Positions 18,804 through 28,081 of a stretch of 64,000 nt of DNA are shown piece by piece. Location: the sequence record NC_070882.1, one strand, 5' to 3'. The translations under genes and the position numbers were made by a program. Under the pieces are notes generated by a model, which did not search any database, had not been told where the DNA came from, and was given only the letters and a program-made list of their open reading frames with translations. Numbering within the stretch: position 1 is the first letter of the stretch; every line of letters begins with the position of its first letter.

Positions 18804-19988
18804 ATGCCACTACCAATCGTAGCTAGTGCTATGGCTGGCGCAGCAGGCGCTGCTGCCGGTAGCCAAGCTTTTAAAGGTCTTATGACCACAGTCCTTAATG
18901 CGACCAAAAATAGCATGGAGATTAACTCCCTTGCAGATTTGACTCGCCCATGTCGAGTTGAACCACTTGCTATTATTGATAGCGTTCTGGTCGACCAACC
19001 TTACATGCAAGATATCCTTAAAATGGCACTTAGCCAATTCGCCGGATATTATCTGCAAGCTGTTAATATGGTTCTTGGTGTAGGCAAAATCGATACTCTC
19101 AAAGTATTCGATAGCCTGAACCCGTACCGTTCTATTGGTGCTGATGTTAGTGGCGCTGTCTTCTCGAAAGAAAATTACATGAACGGTTTCCCGTCCCTCG
19201 AAGCGTTCAACCAAAAGATCCGTCCTGAACTGATTGCTGAATACTCTCAAGAAGCGTATGAGCAATCAAAAGACGATGATCGTAAGAAGGGTGATAGGGA
19301 AAAGAAAGAAGCTGCACCACGGATGTCTTCGGGTGATACTCAGAAAGTATACGAAACCGAAAACCTCGCTGTGGGTAAACTACTGAACGTTGAAATTACC
19401 GATGGTGATGCTAAGGCTAAACTGCCTGTACTCATCCGTCTCATTCCGGCAGCAGTTCCGTCGCAGACTCTTACTCATATCTTTAGTGCCGGCGGACGTG
19501 ATACTTGGAGCCATCGTCTGTTCCTGGTTAAAACTGGACAGATTCGTTTCTGGCGCGACTTCGTTCTTGGACAGGATATGATTGATGCACACTTTGCAGC
19601 TCTGATTTCCGATAAGTCCGGCGTTTACAAAGAGATCACTGATCGTCGTCGTAATAACCTGAGCAAGTCTGTTCAGACTGGCCGTGTTTCTATGGCAGAT
19701 GCTTCTAACATTGCTGTCGTTTCGTCTACCACGATGAAAACAACTGCCAATGCTCTTTACGGTAAACTAGAAGATCCGAATACCCGTCGTAAGATCTTCG
19801 ATAATAGCTATCTACTCATGTTGATCGTTGTTGATGAACGTTGGCAGCGTGTTACTATTTATCACCGTGGTGTGGATATTGCATCTAGCTTCCGCATCGA
19901 TGAAGTGAAGATGGCTGAGAAATCTAAAGGTCAAGACATCACTGAAATCTTTAAGATGTTCAGCAAACAGATGCAAACCAACATTTAA
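18804..19988 (+). CDS. Head/inner-body structural protein (gp89-like)
   Basis: 394 aa; SINSLADLT..CRVEP motif; SLE/SQE sites; synteny. Confidence 0.7.
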   Translation: MPLPIVASAMAGAAGAAAGSQAFKGLMTTVLNATKNSMEINSLADLTRPCRVEPLAIIDSVLVDQPYMQDILKMALSQFAGYYLQAVNMVLGVGKIDTLKVFDSLNPYRSIGADVSGAVFSKENYMNGFPSLEAFNQKIRPELIAEYSQEAYEQSKDDDRKKGDREKKEAAPRMSSGDTQKVYETENLAVGKLLNVEITDGDAKAKLPVLIRLIPAAVPSQTLTHIFSAGGRDTWSHRLFLVKTGQIRFWRDFVLGQDMIDAHFAALISDKSGVYKEITDRRRNNLSKSVQTGRVSMADASNIAVVSSTTMKTTANALYGKLEDPNTRRKIFDNSYLLMLIVVDERWQRVTIYHRGVDIASSFRIDEVKMAEKSKGQDITEIFKMFSKQMQTNI

Positions 19989-20003
19989 CCAAGGACATGA
20001 CCA

Positions 20004-20897
20004 ATGAGTATTCTTAACTATGTCCAGCAGCTTGCACCTGTAATGGAGCGCCGTCAACTGCTGAACGTTCTGGATCAACTCCAGACCGAATATGACGATA
20101 CCCTTGCCCCGATTGTTTCTGATGTTCGGGAAGCTTTCCAAGGTATCCCGCTGAAGTCTAACCTCGCCAAACGAATGGAAAACGTTCTTCGTCGTGGTAT
20201 TACTTTTAACCAGCCGGCTATCGATCTGATGCTGGGTTCTCTCGATAACATTCGTGGTAACTTCGAAGTTATTCGTAAAGAAATCCGTAGTCTATTCTCG
20301 ATCCAATTCACTAATACAAACCTGACATTCGATCGAGCTAACATGCTCAAGTTCATCGAAGGTCTGGCTTTCTATATTCGATTTGGTCGTAAATATCTGC
20401 TGTTCCTTGTTGCCCAAGAAGCTGCCCTACATGGGAAGGCTACCCGCGCTGCATGGACGTCGGCTGAATCCGATTGGATCGATACCAACATGGAACAGTT
20501 CGCTGCACTGTATCCGGCGATGACTCTTCAACCTCAAGCACTGAAGCAAAAGCTTAATGCTGCTTCTAATGCTACAGTTGACGAATCGACTTTCCAAGTT
20601 GCACAGCAGAATCTTGGACTTACCAAAACTGATCCTCTGGGTATGGCTGGTTTCTCTCCTCGTCAGAATCCCTTCTTGATCATCGGTAAGCTGATTGCAG
20701 AGATGCAGGCTGAGCGATATAACGTGGCACAAGAAGAGTACTATGGTCTTCAACTTCGGTTGGAAGAACTACGTGCACTTCTGGCTAAAGAACCGACCAG
20801 CCCTGTTCTGCAAAAACAGATCGAAGCTTACGAGCGTCGTATCTCCGCGTATGAATACGAGATCAATAAGATCGAAGAACGCGCTGGCGTACAATAA
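20004..20897 (+). CDS. Abundant internal head protein (gp90-like)
   Basis: 297 aa; C-terminal coiled coil; synteny. Confidence 0.7.
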   Translation: MSILNYVQQLAPVMERRQLLNVLDQLQTEYDDTLAPIVSDVREAFQGIPLKSNLAKRMENVLRRGITFNQPAIDLMLGSLDNIRGNFEVIRKEIRSLFSIQFTNTNLTFDRANMLKFIEGLAFYIRFGRKYLLFLVAQEAALHGKATRAAWTSAESDWIDTNMEQFAALYPAMTLQPQALKQKLNAASNATVDESTFQVAQQNLGLTKTDPLGMAGFSPRQNPFLIIGKLIAEMQAERYNVAQEEYYGLQLRLEELRALLAKEPTSPVLQKQIEAYERRISAYEYEINKIEERAGVQ

Positions 20898-20907
20898 GGA
20901 GTTGACA

Positions 20908-21441
20908 ATGCCTACTAATGCAGTCAAACCTTTCGATGCTAATCGTGAGTATTCTGGCGGTCAAGCTAAAGCTCAACAACGTTTCACTATGCGTCAAGGT
21001 GATCCGCGTGTTGTTGAACTTATGGTTGAATATACCAACTTTCCTCGCCGCGCTGTGTATTGGGAATTCCGTAAACGTGTAATTGATCTCGCTCTTATTA
21101 AATTCTCGGGTAACTATAACTGGTTTATCCGTCAAGATAATAATGCCATGATTGCTGATCACAATTACGCATTCCTGCAAGATACTGTACGGTTTATTGC
21201 CACAGGTAAACGTCGAGTGAATATCCATGCATGGCCAATGCTACTTACAGCAGAACCGCCAGCGGGTGTTCAACTAATCGAAGATCGTCGGGATATCGCT
21301 GAACTTTTCCTAAGCTACAATCTTTCTCCGAACGAGAACGACATGCTTCAGGAATGGCTCAAGAAGAAAGGTGGCTTCGATGATCTCATGTACACAATGA
21401 ACATGTTGTTTGGTAGTGTACCTGAAAAAATCAATAAGTAA
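20908..21441 (+). CDS. Hypothetical protein (gp91-like)
   Basis: Start moved to ATG 20908 after SD AAGGAG. Confidence 0.75.
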   Translation: MPTNAVKPFDANREYSGGQAKAQQRFTMRQGDPRVVELMVEYTNFPRRAVYWEFRKRVIDLALIKFSGNYNWFIRQDNNAMIADHNYAFLQDTVRFIATGKRRVNIHAWPMLLTAEPPAGVQLIEDRRDIAELFLSYNLSPNENDMLQEWLKKKGGFDDLMYTMNMLFGSVPEKINK

Positions 21442-21451
21442 GGAGGGGTCC

Positions 21452-22750
21452 ATGGTTGACTCAGTTAACCATTCCCAACCTAACGCAGTCGACGGGGTAA
21501 CACCCGTCGATCTGTCCGTCTCGATTGAAGATGAATTCAACGAGTTCGATGCTTGTGCTGAAAAACTTGATAAGTTAATGATGGGGATGGAAACCATAGA
21601 GCGACTCGATACATTTATCCAGTCTAACTATGACACAGCCAGTCCTGAGATGTTAGCTTATGCTGTTGAGAAATTCGGTCTCACTGACGTTGTCTCTACA
21701 GAAGACATTAGTGATTCGAGCAGGCAGGTTTGGGAACGTACTAAGTTAGAAATAAAGAGAGCGAATAGTGACCTATATGGCTACGCTAAAGTACTGATGG
21801 CTGGTATAGATCGTACTGTAGAACGAATCACTATGCTTTATGAGATGGCTTCGAACTTAAATGGAACTAAACCATTTAAATCGGAGATTGAACTGAGAAA
21901 GGCAAAGAAGTTTAATATCAATGGCGAGTTTAAACCATTGGATATTCGACCTGTTCTGGAACAAACACAAAACACCATTGATTTCTATGATAAGGTGTTC
22001 ATGCCTTATCTCACTGCGATCGACAAAACATTCAATAATCTTACCCTTGATCAAGAGTGGACAGATGACTCCACTATTCGGTTTGAAATATTCAATGCGA
22101 AACGTTGGATGAAGGGGGCTATTGAAGTCGACCAAGATGACAGGTTTAGAGTCAATGCTACTTTGTTCCGTTCTGAGTTAACTCAGGGTAATAAGGCTCT
22201 TTATTTCTCTGGTCCGAGTGAAACTAAGACTGAGCAACTTAAAGATTGGCAGTTTATGGTAAACTCCATTCGGGACTTCCGTTTTAAGTATTACACTGTA
22301 CCAGAACAGAAACCATTAAATGAGCAAGATAACAAAGTTGAAGTGTCGAATATAAACGCTGTTCGTCAGCGTTTAGGAGTACTACTTGGATTAGCTAAAC
22401 GCTTACAATCGCGCAAAGGCTATGACCAAAAGATCTCTGCTCAACTTCGTAAACTTGAACAATCCGCTGAAAAGATTAGAGTAAAAGCTGGACAACTTCG
22501 CCAAAGTCAAGGTCGTAAAAAACCTGGCGCTGAGGAAAGAGATGAAGCCCGGCCATCCGTATCTAATGTCGTTAACGATCTAACAATGATCCTTAATAAT
22601 GTCATGCGGATGATCATTGACTATAACAACACTCTCGCTGGTATGATTCGCTTAATTGCAGGTTTGGCTATGGTAGCCGACCTTGAACTTAAGGCGTATC
22701 AGGCTCCTCTTCGCAAACCTACGGAAGAAGAACAGAAGCGTTTGGGTTGA
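21452..22750 (+). CDS. Internal head protein (gp92-like)
   Basis: Start ATG 21452 after SD AGGAGG; SIE/GME/STE sites. Confidence 0.7.
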   Translation: MVDSVNHSQPNAVDGVTPVDLSVSIEDEFNEFDACAEKLDKLMMGMETIERLDTFIQSNYDTASPEMLAYAVEKFGLTDVVSTEDISDSSRQVWERTKLEIKRANSDLYGYAKVLMAGIDRTVERITMLYEMASNLNGTKPFKSEIELRKAKKFNINGEFKPLDIRPVLEQTQNTIDFYDKVFMPYLTAIDKTFNNLTLDQEWTDDSTIRFEIFNAKRWMKGAIEVDQDDRFRVNATLFRSELTQGNKALYFSGPSETKTEQLKDWQFMVNSIRDFRFKYYTVPEQKPLNEQDNKVEVSNINAVRQRLGVLLGLAKRLQSRKGYDQKISAQLRKLEQSAEKIRVKAGQLRQSQGRKKPGAEERDEARPSVSNVVNDLTMILNNVMRMIIDYNNTLAGMIRLIAGLAMVADLELKAYQAPLRKPTEEEQKRLG

Positions 22751-22753
22751 TGA

Positions 22754-22785
22754 CATAAAGGGGAACCACACGGTTCCCCTTTATG
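22754..22785 (+). terminator. Terminator hairpin with CATAAA/TTTATG flanks
   Basis: AAGGGGAACC-ACAC-GGTTCCCCTT. Confidence 0.8.
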
Positions 22786-22818
22786 CTATGTTATCTATTC
22801 ACATGTCAGAGAATCGAA

Positions 22819-25464
22819 ATGACTATTCACAATCTGAACAAACATCTTGGTGGTGGTAAAGCCACCTCCTCAAACGAAGCTATTGCTGATGGCGTAGCTC
22901 GCGAAGTACCAGTTGATACTTCTGTAAAAGCCTTGACCACTACCAAAGATCTACCAGAAAATCCAGAAGAAGGTGCTGTTTATCACGTTAACGGTGTTGA
23001 CTGGGTATTCGTTAAAGGTGAATGGGTCACGCGTCAAGGTATTTATGGCCACGAAGATTTTGGCGATGCGCATGAACCTCTGTGGGATGGTACTGGTGAG
23101 AAACCTAATATCGAAACACAGAGAGCAGAATCTGAAGTTGTCCGAGAAAATAGTGATGAACCTGCAATCACTCCTGAGGGTACCAATGAGTCCACGGAAC
23201 AGGTTGTAAGTGAAACTGAACAAGTTGAAGAAGTAGTTGAAGAAAACGCTACTCCTGAACCTATCGTTAATCCAGCCTCTCCTAGTGAGACTATGGAAGA
23301 AGCTACTTCTGAAACGGAAGCCGAGAGTGAGTCAGTGGTTGAACCCACCGTACATGAACAGGTAGAAGCCCATGAAGCAGCAGCTAACCCCATCGAAGAG
23401 ATTGAGGAAAGCGAGACCCAGGAAGAAGAGAAACCCTCGACAGAAAACGTTGACGGGGAACCTCTAGCTCATCCCGTTGAAGAAGATAAGCCTGTTGAAG
23501 TAATGGAACCTTCTGATGTGGGTATGTGTGAAGAAACTATGTTGGCGCATGATCGCATCGGTCAAGTGGCGAATAGTATCGATCAGTTGCATACAGCACA
23601 GACTGCTCTAGAAGCTTATCACGATGTCGTTAAGACTGGTCGTGTGTCTAAGCAATCTGCCGCAGTACTTCATAAAGGTCTTGTTCATATTGATCGGACT
23701 TTTAATCTCAAGGTCAAAGCAACAGGACTTGAGGCATTCGATACTACTCCTCGTTCGGCAATGGAATCTGTCGATATTGATGATGAGACTATCACTGGAC
23801 GAATGAAGCAGATCGGTGGGGCAGTCTACAAAAAGATTCAAGAACTTCTCGCCAAGCTGATCGAATACATTAAGAACTTTGATCTAAAGCGTAAACAATC
23901 TGAAGCTAAAGTAGACAAGCTGCTTTCTCAGATCAGTGATGTACCGCGCAACGCGATTCCTGAAAACGAAAAGATTAAAGTATCGAAAGCTAAGTTCTTC
24001 TATGCTGGCGGTAAATTCGTTGGCACTGATACAAGTGCAGAAGTAGCTGTTATTGATCTAGCTGTATCTGCTGCCATGGCAATGCAGTCTAACGTTGTAT
24101 TCCTTGGTCAACAACTTGCTAAGATGGAAGCGACTAGTGATGGTGTGAACGAGTTCAGAAATGTTATTGAAACACGTCTGAGTCAGAACCGTGATCACGT
24201 TGAGAAAGATCTTCCAGGTGGTGGTAAAATCATCCGAGAAGGCCATGCCCTTATTCTTGAGCGTGGTGAAGATGAACATGCAGGTGAAGAACTAGATGCT
24301 CTTTCTCGTACTGATATCGAGAAAGCTTTGAAGTCACTTCAGAAGTTCTATCAGAATGCAGGTAAGTCTGACCGTATTTCTCGAATTGTAGATTCTGCTC
24401 GTACTAAGTCACAAGAAGCAATTAAAGCTGCACGTACTGGTGGTGATGAACGTTATGTTCAAGAGCTACAACAACTTTACGTTACAGCTGTAGCAGATAT
24501 GATCAAAGAGATGAATCTCCAGATGGTAACTGCTCTTGTTACTTATACGTCTTCTGGTAAAGCTATGTATCTTGAAGCATGCCTTGAGAACCTTAAAGTG
24601 CAAGGTGCTGGCATGGAGTCTCACGATCCGTTCGTATTCTCTAATGAAGGCCTCTTTACCGAAATCGGTCACTTCTTCAACGCTATGATTCATGGGCGTA
24701 AAGAAGATCTTAAGCCAGAGCAGTACAATGCGGTTAAGAGCAAGATCTCTAAAACGTTTGGTGATCCGAATTGGCTGAAGAATCGTCGTTTCATTGAAGG
24801 CGATATTAAGTTCAAAGGAGATCCTTCTCTTGGGGATAACTTCAAACAAGTAATCGCTAAGGCAGTTGGTCAACTTAACCAGGCGGCCCGTGGTAACGCA
24901 GCTGTGTTTACCCGAGCTGCTAACTCCGTTAAGCCATATACTGACTTCCTGATCAAGATGGAATATCGTAACCATCCTGAGAAGACTCAGAAAATGTACG
25001 ACGGCATGCCAAGCTTTGATAAGAATAAGTTCAAACCCGTTAAATATAACAGTGGTATGGCACATTCTTACGTAGACGTTACTCTTCCTGCAATGACTCC
25101 AGAACAGGTAGCCTCAGCCGCAGATGAGATCATTAAAGCTATTGATTATATCACTGGCTATTGGAAAACATCTATGGGCAAAGAGTGGTGGGATACTTTC
25201 AACGTTGAGAATGAGTACGGTCTATTTGGTCGATTTATTCCAGCGCACATGGAAGGTTCCGGTAAGTACACGGATGTTATCCGTAACATTGCTACGTACA
25301 CTAAAGGTGAAGACCAGAAATGGTGTGTTAAGCTTGCCAGTAAGATTGCTGAATTCGCTGATGATGGCGAAGCCACATTCTTCAAAGAAGGCGGTGGTCA
25401 GTGGGAATTCTATTTCACTTACATCCGCGGTCTAATCAACTGGATGGATGCTTCCACCCGTTAA
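22819..25464 (+). CDS. Large internal head (ejection) protein, gp93-family, apparent two-module fusion
   Basis: Acidic linker, ALEAY..GLEAF..AMES module, second GMES..SNEGLF module. Confidence 0.7.
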   Translation: MTIHNLNKHLGGGKATSSNEAIADGVAREVPVDTSVKALTTTKDLPENPEEGAVYHVNGVDWVFVKGEWVTRQGIYGHEDFGDAHEPLWDGTGEKPNIETQRAESEVVRENSDEPAITPEGTNESTEQVVSETEQVEEVVEENATPEPIVNPASPSETMEEATSETEAESESVVEPTVHEQVEAHEAAANPIEEIEESETQEEEKPSTENVDGEPLAHPVEEDKPVEVMEPSDVGMCEETMLAHDRIGQVANSIDQLHTAQTALEAYHDVVKTGRVSKQSAAVLHKGLVHIDRTFNLKVKATGLEAFDTTPRSAMESVDIDDETITGRMKQIGGAVYKKIQELLAKLIEYIKNFDLKRKQSEAKVDKLLSQISDVPRNAIPENEKIKVSKAKFFYAGGKFVGTDTSAEVAVIDLAVSAAMAMQSNVVFLGQQLAKMEATSDGVNEFRNVIETRLSQNRDHVEKDLPGGGKIIREGHALILERGEDEHAGEELDALSRTDIEKALKSLQKFYQNAGKSDRISRIVDSARTKSQEAIKAARTGGDERYVQELQQLYVTAVADMIKEMNLQMVTALVTYTSSGKAMYLEACLENLKVQGAGMESHDPFVFSNEGLFTEIGHFFNAMIHGRKEDLKPEQYNAVKSKISKTFGDPNWLKNRRFIEGDIKFKGDPSLGDNFKQVIAKAVGQLNQAARGNAAVFTRAANSVKPYTDFLIKMEYRNHPEKTQKMYDGMPSFDKNKFKPVKYNSGMAHSYVDVTLPAMTPEQVASAADEIIKAIDYITGYWKTSMGKEWWDTFNVENEYGLFGRFIPAHMEGSGKYTDVIRNIATYTKGEDQKWCVKLASKIAEFADDGEATFFKEGGGQWEFYFTYIRGLINWMDASTR

Positions 25465-25470
25465 AGCATG

Positions 25471-25486
25471 GGGAGCTTCGGCTCCC
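25471..25486 (+). terminator. Terminator hairpin
   Basis: GGGAGC-TTCG-GCTCCC-TTTATG. Confidence 0.8.
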
Positions 25487-25523
25487 TTTATGCTATGTAA
25501 ACTAATTCTATTTCGAGGCTAAC

Positions 25524-26786
25524 ATGCTTGACACTGAAATACCCTGTACTGTAAATACAGAACCTGCTGAAACAATCATCGAACCAGCGGAAGATATCCA
25601 GGTAGAGATTGAAGACGTATCTGATTTCCAAAACGATGTAGCTGAACAAGAAGTTGTAGAATCCGAAGACCTCGAAGGTGTCGCTGAATCTCTAGAAGCT
25701 TATTCTCAACTCCTTAAACAAGCTGGTGACAAAGGTATCACTAAACAATCTGCTGCAATGATGCGAATTGGCATGAAACAGATTGATGCGCGGCTCAATA
25801 TCAAACGAGAAGCACTTAGCCTGGAAGGCTTTAAAACGTGCACTATGCGCGATGGACTACAAACCACTACTGTTTCCATGGAAGATGTCAAAGAGCGCGT
25901 TAAAGAGCTTGGTAAGCGCATTGTAGAGTTCATTGCTAGGCTGATTGAACGAGCGAAGGCGATTTACCAAAAACTGGCTGGTCCTAAAGTTAAAACACAA
26001 AAGGCAGCACAACAACTAATTGCTGCTTCTCGTGCCTTCCCTGCTTATCCTGGCGGTAAGATGCGTGGCTCTGTTCCAGAAAATGTTTCAGAAGATCTTA
26101 AGAAGAAAGCTGCTGAGATTAAAGAGCGTAAAGGTGATATCGACGAAGAATCTAAGAAGATTCGTATTGAAGATACCACTAACATTGTTGCCGATGGGGA
26201 GAACACATACGACACCATCGCAACTGAAAAGGCTTACGCTGTATTCCTCTACGATCGTCTTCCCAAAGCACTAATGTCCGTGATGAAATTTGCCAAAGAT
26301 AATGTTGGTAAAGGCGATGCTTCTGAATATATTGAAAGTGTTCTAGATCACACCCACAGTGAAATGACAAAAGTTGTTCAAGCCTCTATCGGTCAAGATT
26401 TCCTACCCGGTAGTATCCGTCTTTCGTGGGATATGGAAAACCTAGGCTTTAAGATTATTCAGGGTACTGACTCGAATGGACCTATTGAGGTTGATCTCCG
26501 TCCAGCAAGTGCTATCACTAAATTTGCTCAGGAATGTGAAACTGTTCTAGCTGTCATGACCGATGATGCATCTGTAAATCGGCACAATGGTGAACTTCAA
26601 CAGCTATCGGACTCCCTCGGTGCAAAACTAGTGACTGAGCTGGACGACCCAGCTGTATTTGGTGCCATCACAAGTCTAATCACTAAGATCCGTTCTCTCG
26701 ATGTTCTTGCTCAAGTTGAACGTCAGATTGTTACCTCTGTTTTTGCGAAACTAGCTATCGCTAAACACGAGCTAACTAAGTACTAA
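25524..26786 (+). CDS. Internal head protein, gp93-97 paralog family
   Basis: SLEAY..KQSAAM..SLEGF..SMED module. Confidence 0.75.
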   Translation: MLDTEIPCTVNTEPAETIIEPAEDIQVEIEDVSDFQNDVAEQEVVESEDLEGVAESLEAYSQLLKQAGDKGITKQSAAMMRIGMKQIDARLNIKREALSLEGFKTCTMRDGLQTTTVSMEDVKERVKELGKRIVEFIARLIERAKAIYQKLAGPKVKTQKAAQQLIAASRAFPAYPGGKMRGSVPENVSEDLKKKAAEIKERKGDIDEESKKIRIEDTTNIVADGENTYDTIATEKAYAVFLYDRLPKALMSVMKFAKDNVGKGDASEYIESVLDHTHSEMTKVVQASIGQDFLPGSIRLSWDMENLGFKIIQGTDSNGPIEVDLRPASAITKFAQECETVLAVMTDDASVNRHNGELQQLSDSLGAKLVTELDDPAVFGAITSLITKIRSLDVLAQVERQIVTSVFAKLAIAKHELTKY

Positions 26787-26793
26787 CATAAAT

Positions 26794-26811
26794 GCCCTCC
26801 CTATGGAGGGC
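26794..26811 (+). terminator. Terminator hairpin
   Basis: GCCCTCC-CTAT-GGAGGGC-TTTATG. Confidence 0.75.
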
Positions 26812-26860
26812 TTTATGACTGCTATGCCAAATTCTATGTTTAACATAACGAGAAATCAAA

Positions 26861-28021
26861 ATGGACACTCGTCAGAATCCAGCAAATCGCCCGCAATTAA
26901 AAGATAGTCCTCAGGAAGAACTTCCGGATATGATCGTCAATGATCATGAACAAGAATTCAAAGATTTGTTTGAAGCCCATATCGCTATTGAAGCTTATCT
27001 TGATCAATTAACTGATGCAGGTCGAGATGGCCTAAGTTTACAAACTCGTAAGTTCATGGCTATTGGTCTTGAGCATATAGACCGTATTCTTGGTAAACAA
27101 GAACGTGTATCGATTGAAGCACTTCTTACTGATCCAACTATTTCACAAGAGTCACTAGTTGATCGTTTAAAAGAGGTGGGTAGAAAAATCCTTGAGCTCA
27201 TCGAAAAGATAATCGATGAAGCTAAACTACTCGCGCAACGTGTTATCTCTGGTATCAGCTCAACTGAAAAGAAAACAGAAGAGCTTCTTAAGTTAGCTCA
27301 ACAGAGCAGCAATAAGAAAGCCAGTATGGAATTCCATGACAACGGTACAACTATCACTGTTAATGGAGCTTCCAAGCTTTTTGCAGGCTCTGAGTTCTGC
27401 CTGGATGATTTCAAAGCTGAAACCACTGTAATGAAGTTCTTCATTAATACTTACCCGAAGTACCTTGTCGATAATATTAATCGGCTATGTAAGTCCCTTA
27501 AGAGTTACGATGTAGAAACTGGTGATATCACGACATTTGAAGCGAACTCGGAATTCATTGGTAAGCATACCAGTATTATTCATCCGCTCAAAGATGTTGT
27601 TCTACCGGGTAACTATGTTATCCATTTCCGCGACGTATCTCTTCTACCAATGGTCATCCATGATGAGGATATGACCAGCGGGCCAGAAACATATGAACAT
27701 CCAGTGCGCAGTCGATTGGAAATCCAAAAGACTCTTAAACAGAATCTGGTCGTTACAAATAGCCTTGGTGAACTCTTTAAAGAGGAAGCTAAGGTACTTG
27801 AGCAAATGAAATGTCTAACCAAAGATCTTATTGCATTGGAAGATCGTCGTGGTGAGACAGTATGGAAAAGATCTCGGGATGCTCTAGATCGAGTGTCTAG
27901 TATTGTAATGGATCTTATTCCGAAATTACGGCCGAACTATGGTCCAATTGTTGCACGTATTAATGCTATCACTAACATTCGAAATAAAGTGTGTGAATTA
28001 GAGCTCAGTGCGACCTCTTAA
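26861..28021 (+). CDS. Internal head protein, gp93-97 paralog family
   Basis: AIEAY..GLE..SIE..SQES module. Confidence 0.75.
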   Translation: MDTRQNPANRPQLKDSPQEELPDMIVNDHEQEFKDLFEAHIAIEAYLDQLTDAGRDGLSLQTRKFMAIGLEHIDRILGKQERVSIEALLTDPTISQESLVDRLKEVGRKILELIEKIIDEAKLLAQRVISGISSTEKKTEELLKLAQQSSNKKASMEFHDNGTTITVNGASKLFAGSEFCLDDFKAETTVMKFFINTYPKYLVDNINRLCKSLKSYDVETGDITTFEANSEFIGKHTSIIHPLKDVVLPGNYVIHFRDVSLLPMVIHDEDMTSGPETYEHPVRSRLEIQKTLKQNLVVTNSLGELFKEEAKVLEQMKCLTKDLIALEDRRGETVWKRSRDALDRVSSIVMDLIPKLRPNYGPIVARINAITNIRNKVCELELSATS

Positions 28022-28081
28022 CCAATTCTATGGTTATTAACAATCATCATCGCGCGATGATTCTCCTCCGAGGAAAATGTA

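Noticed and set aside
20695-20907. N-terminal extension of ORF 20695 overlapping the gp90-like gene
   Set aside because: Strong SD and ATG at 20908; extension is incidental. The same applies to ORF-track starts 21410, 22783, 33355, 39204, 42426, 43711, 47332 and 49823
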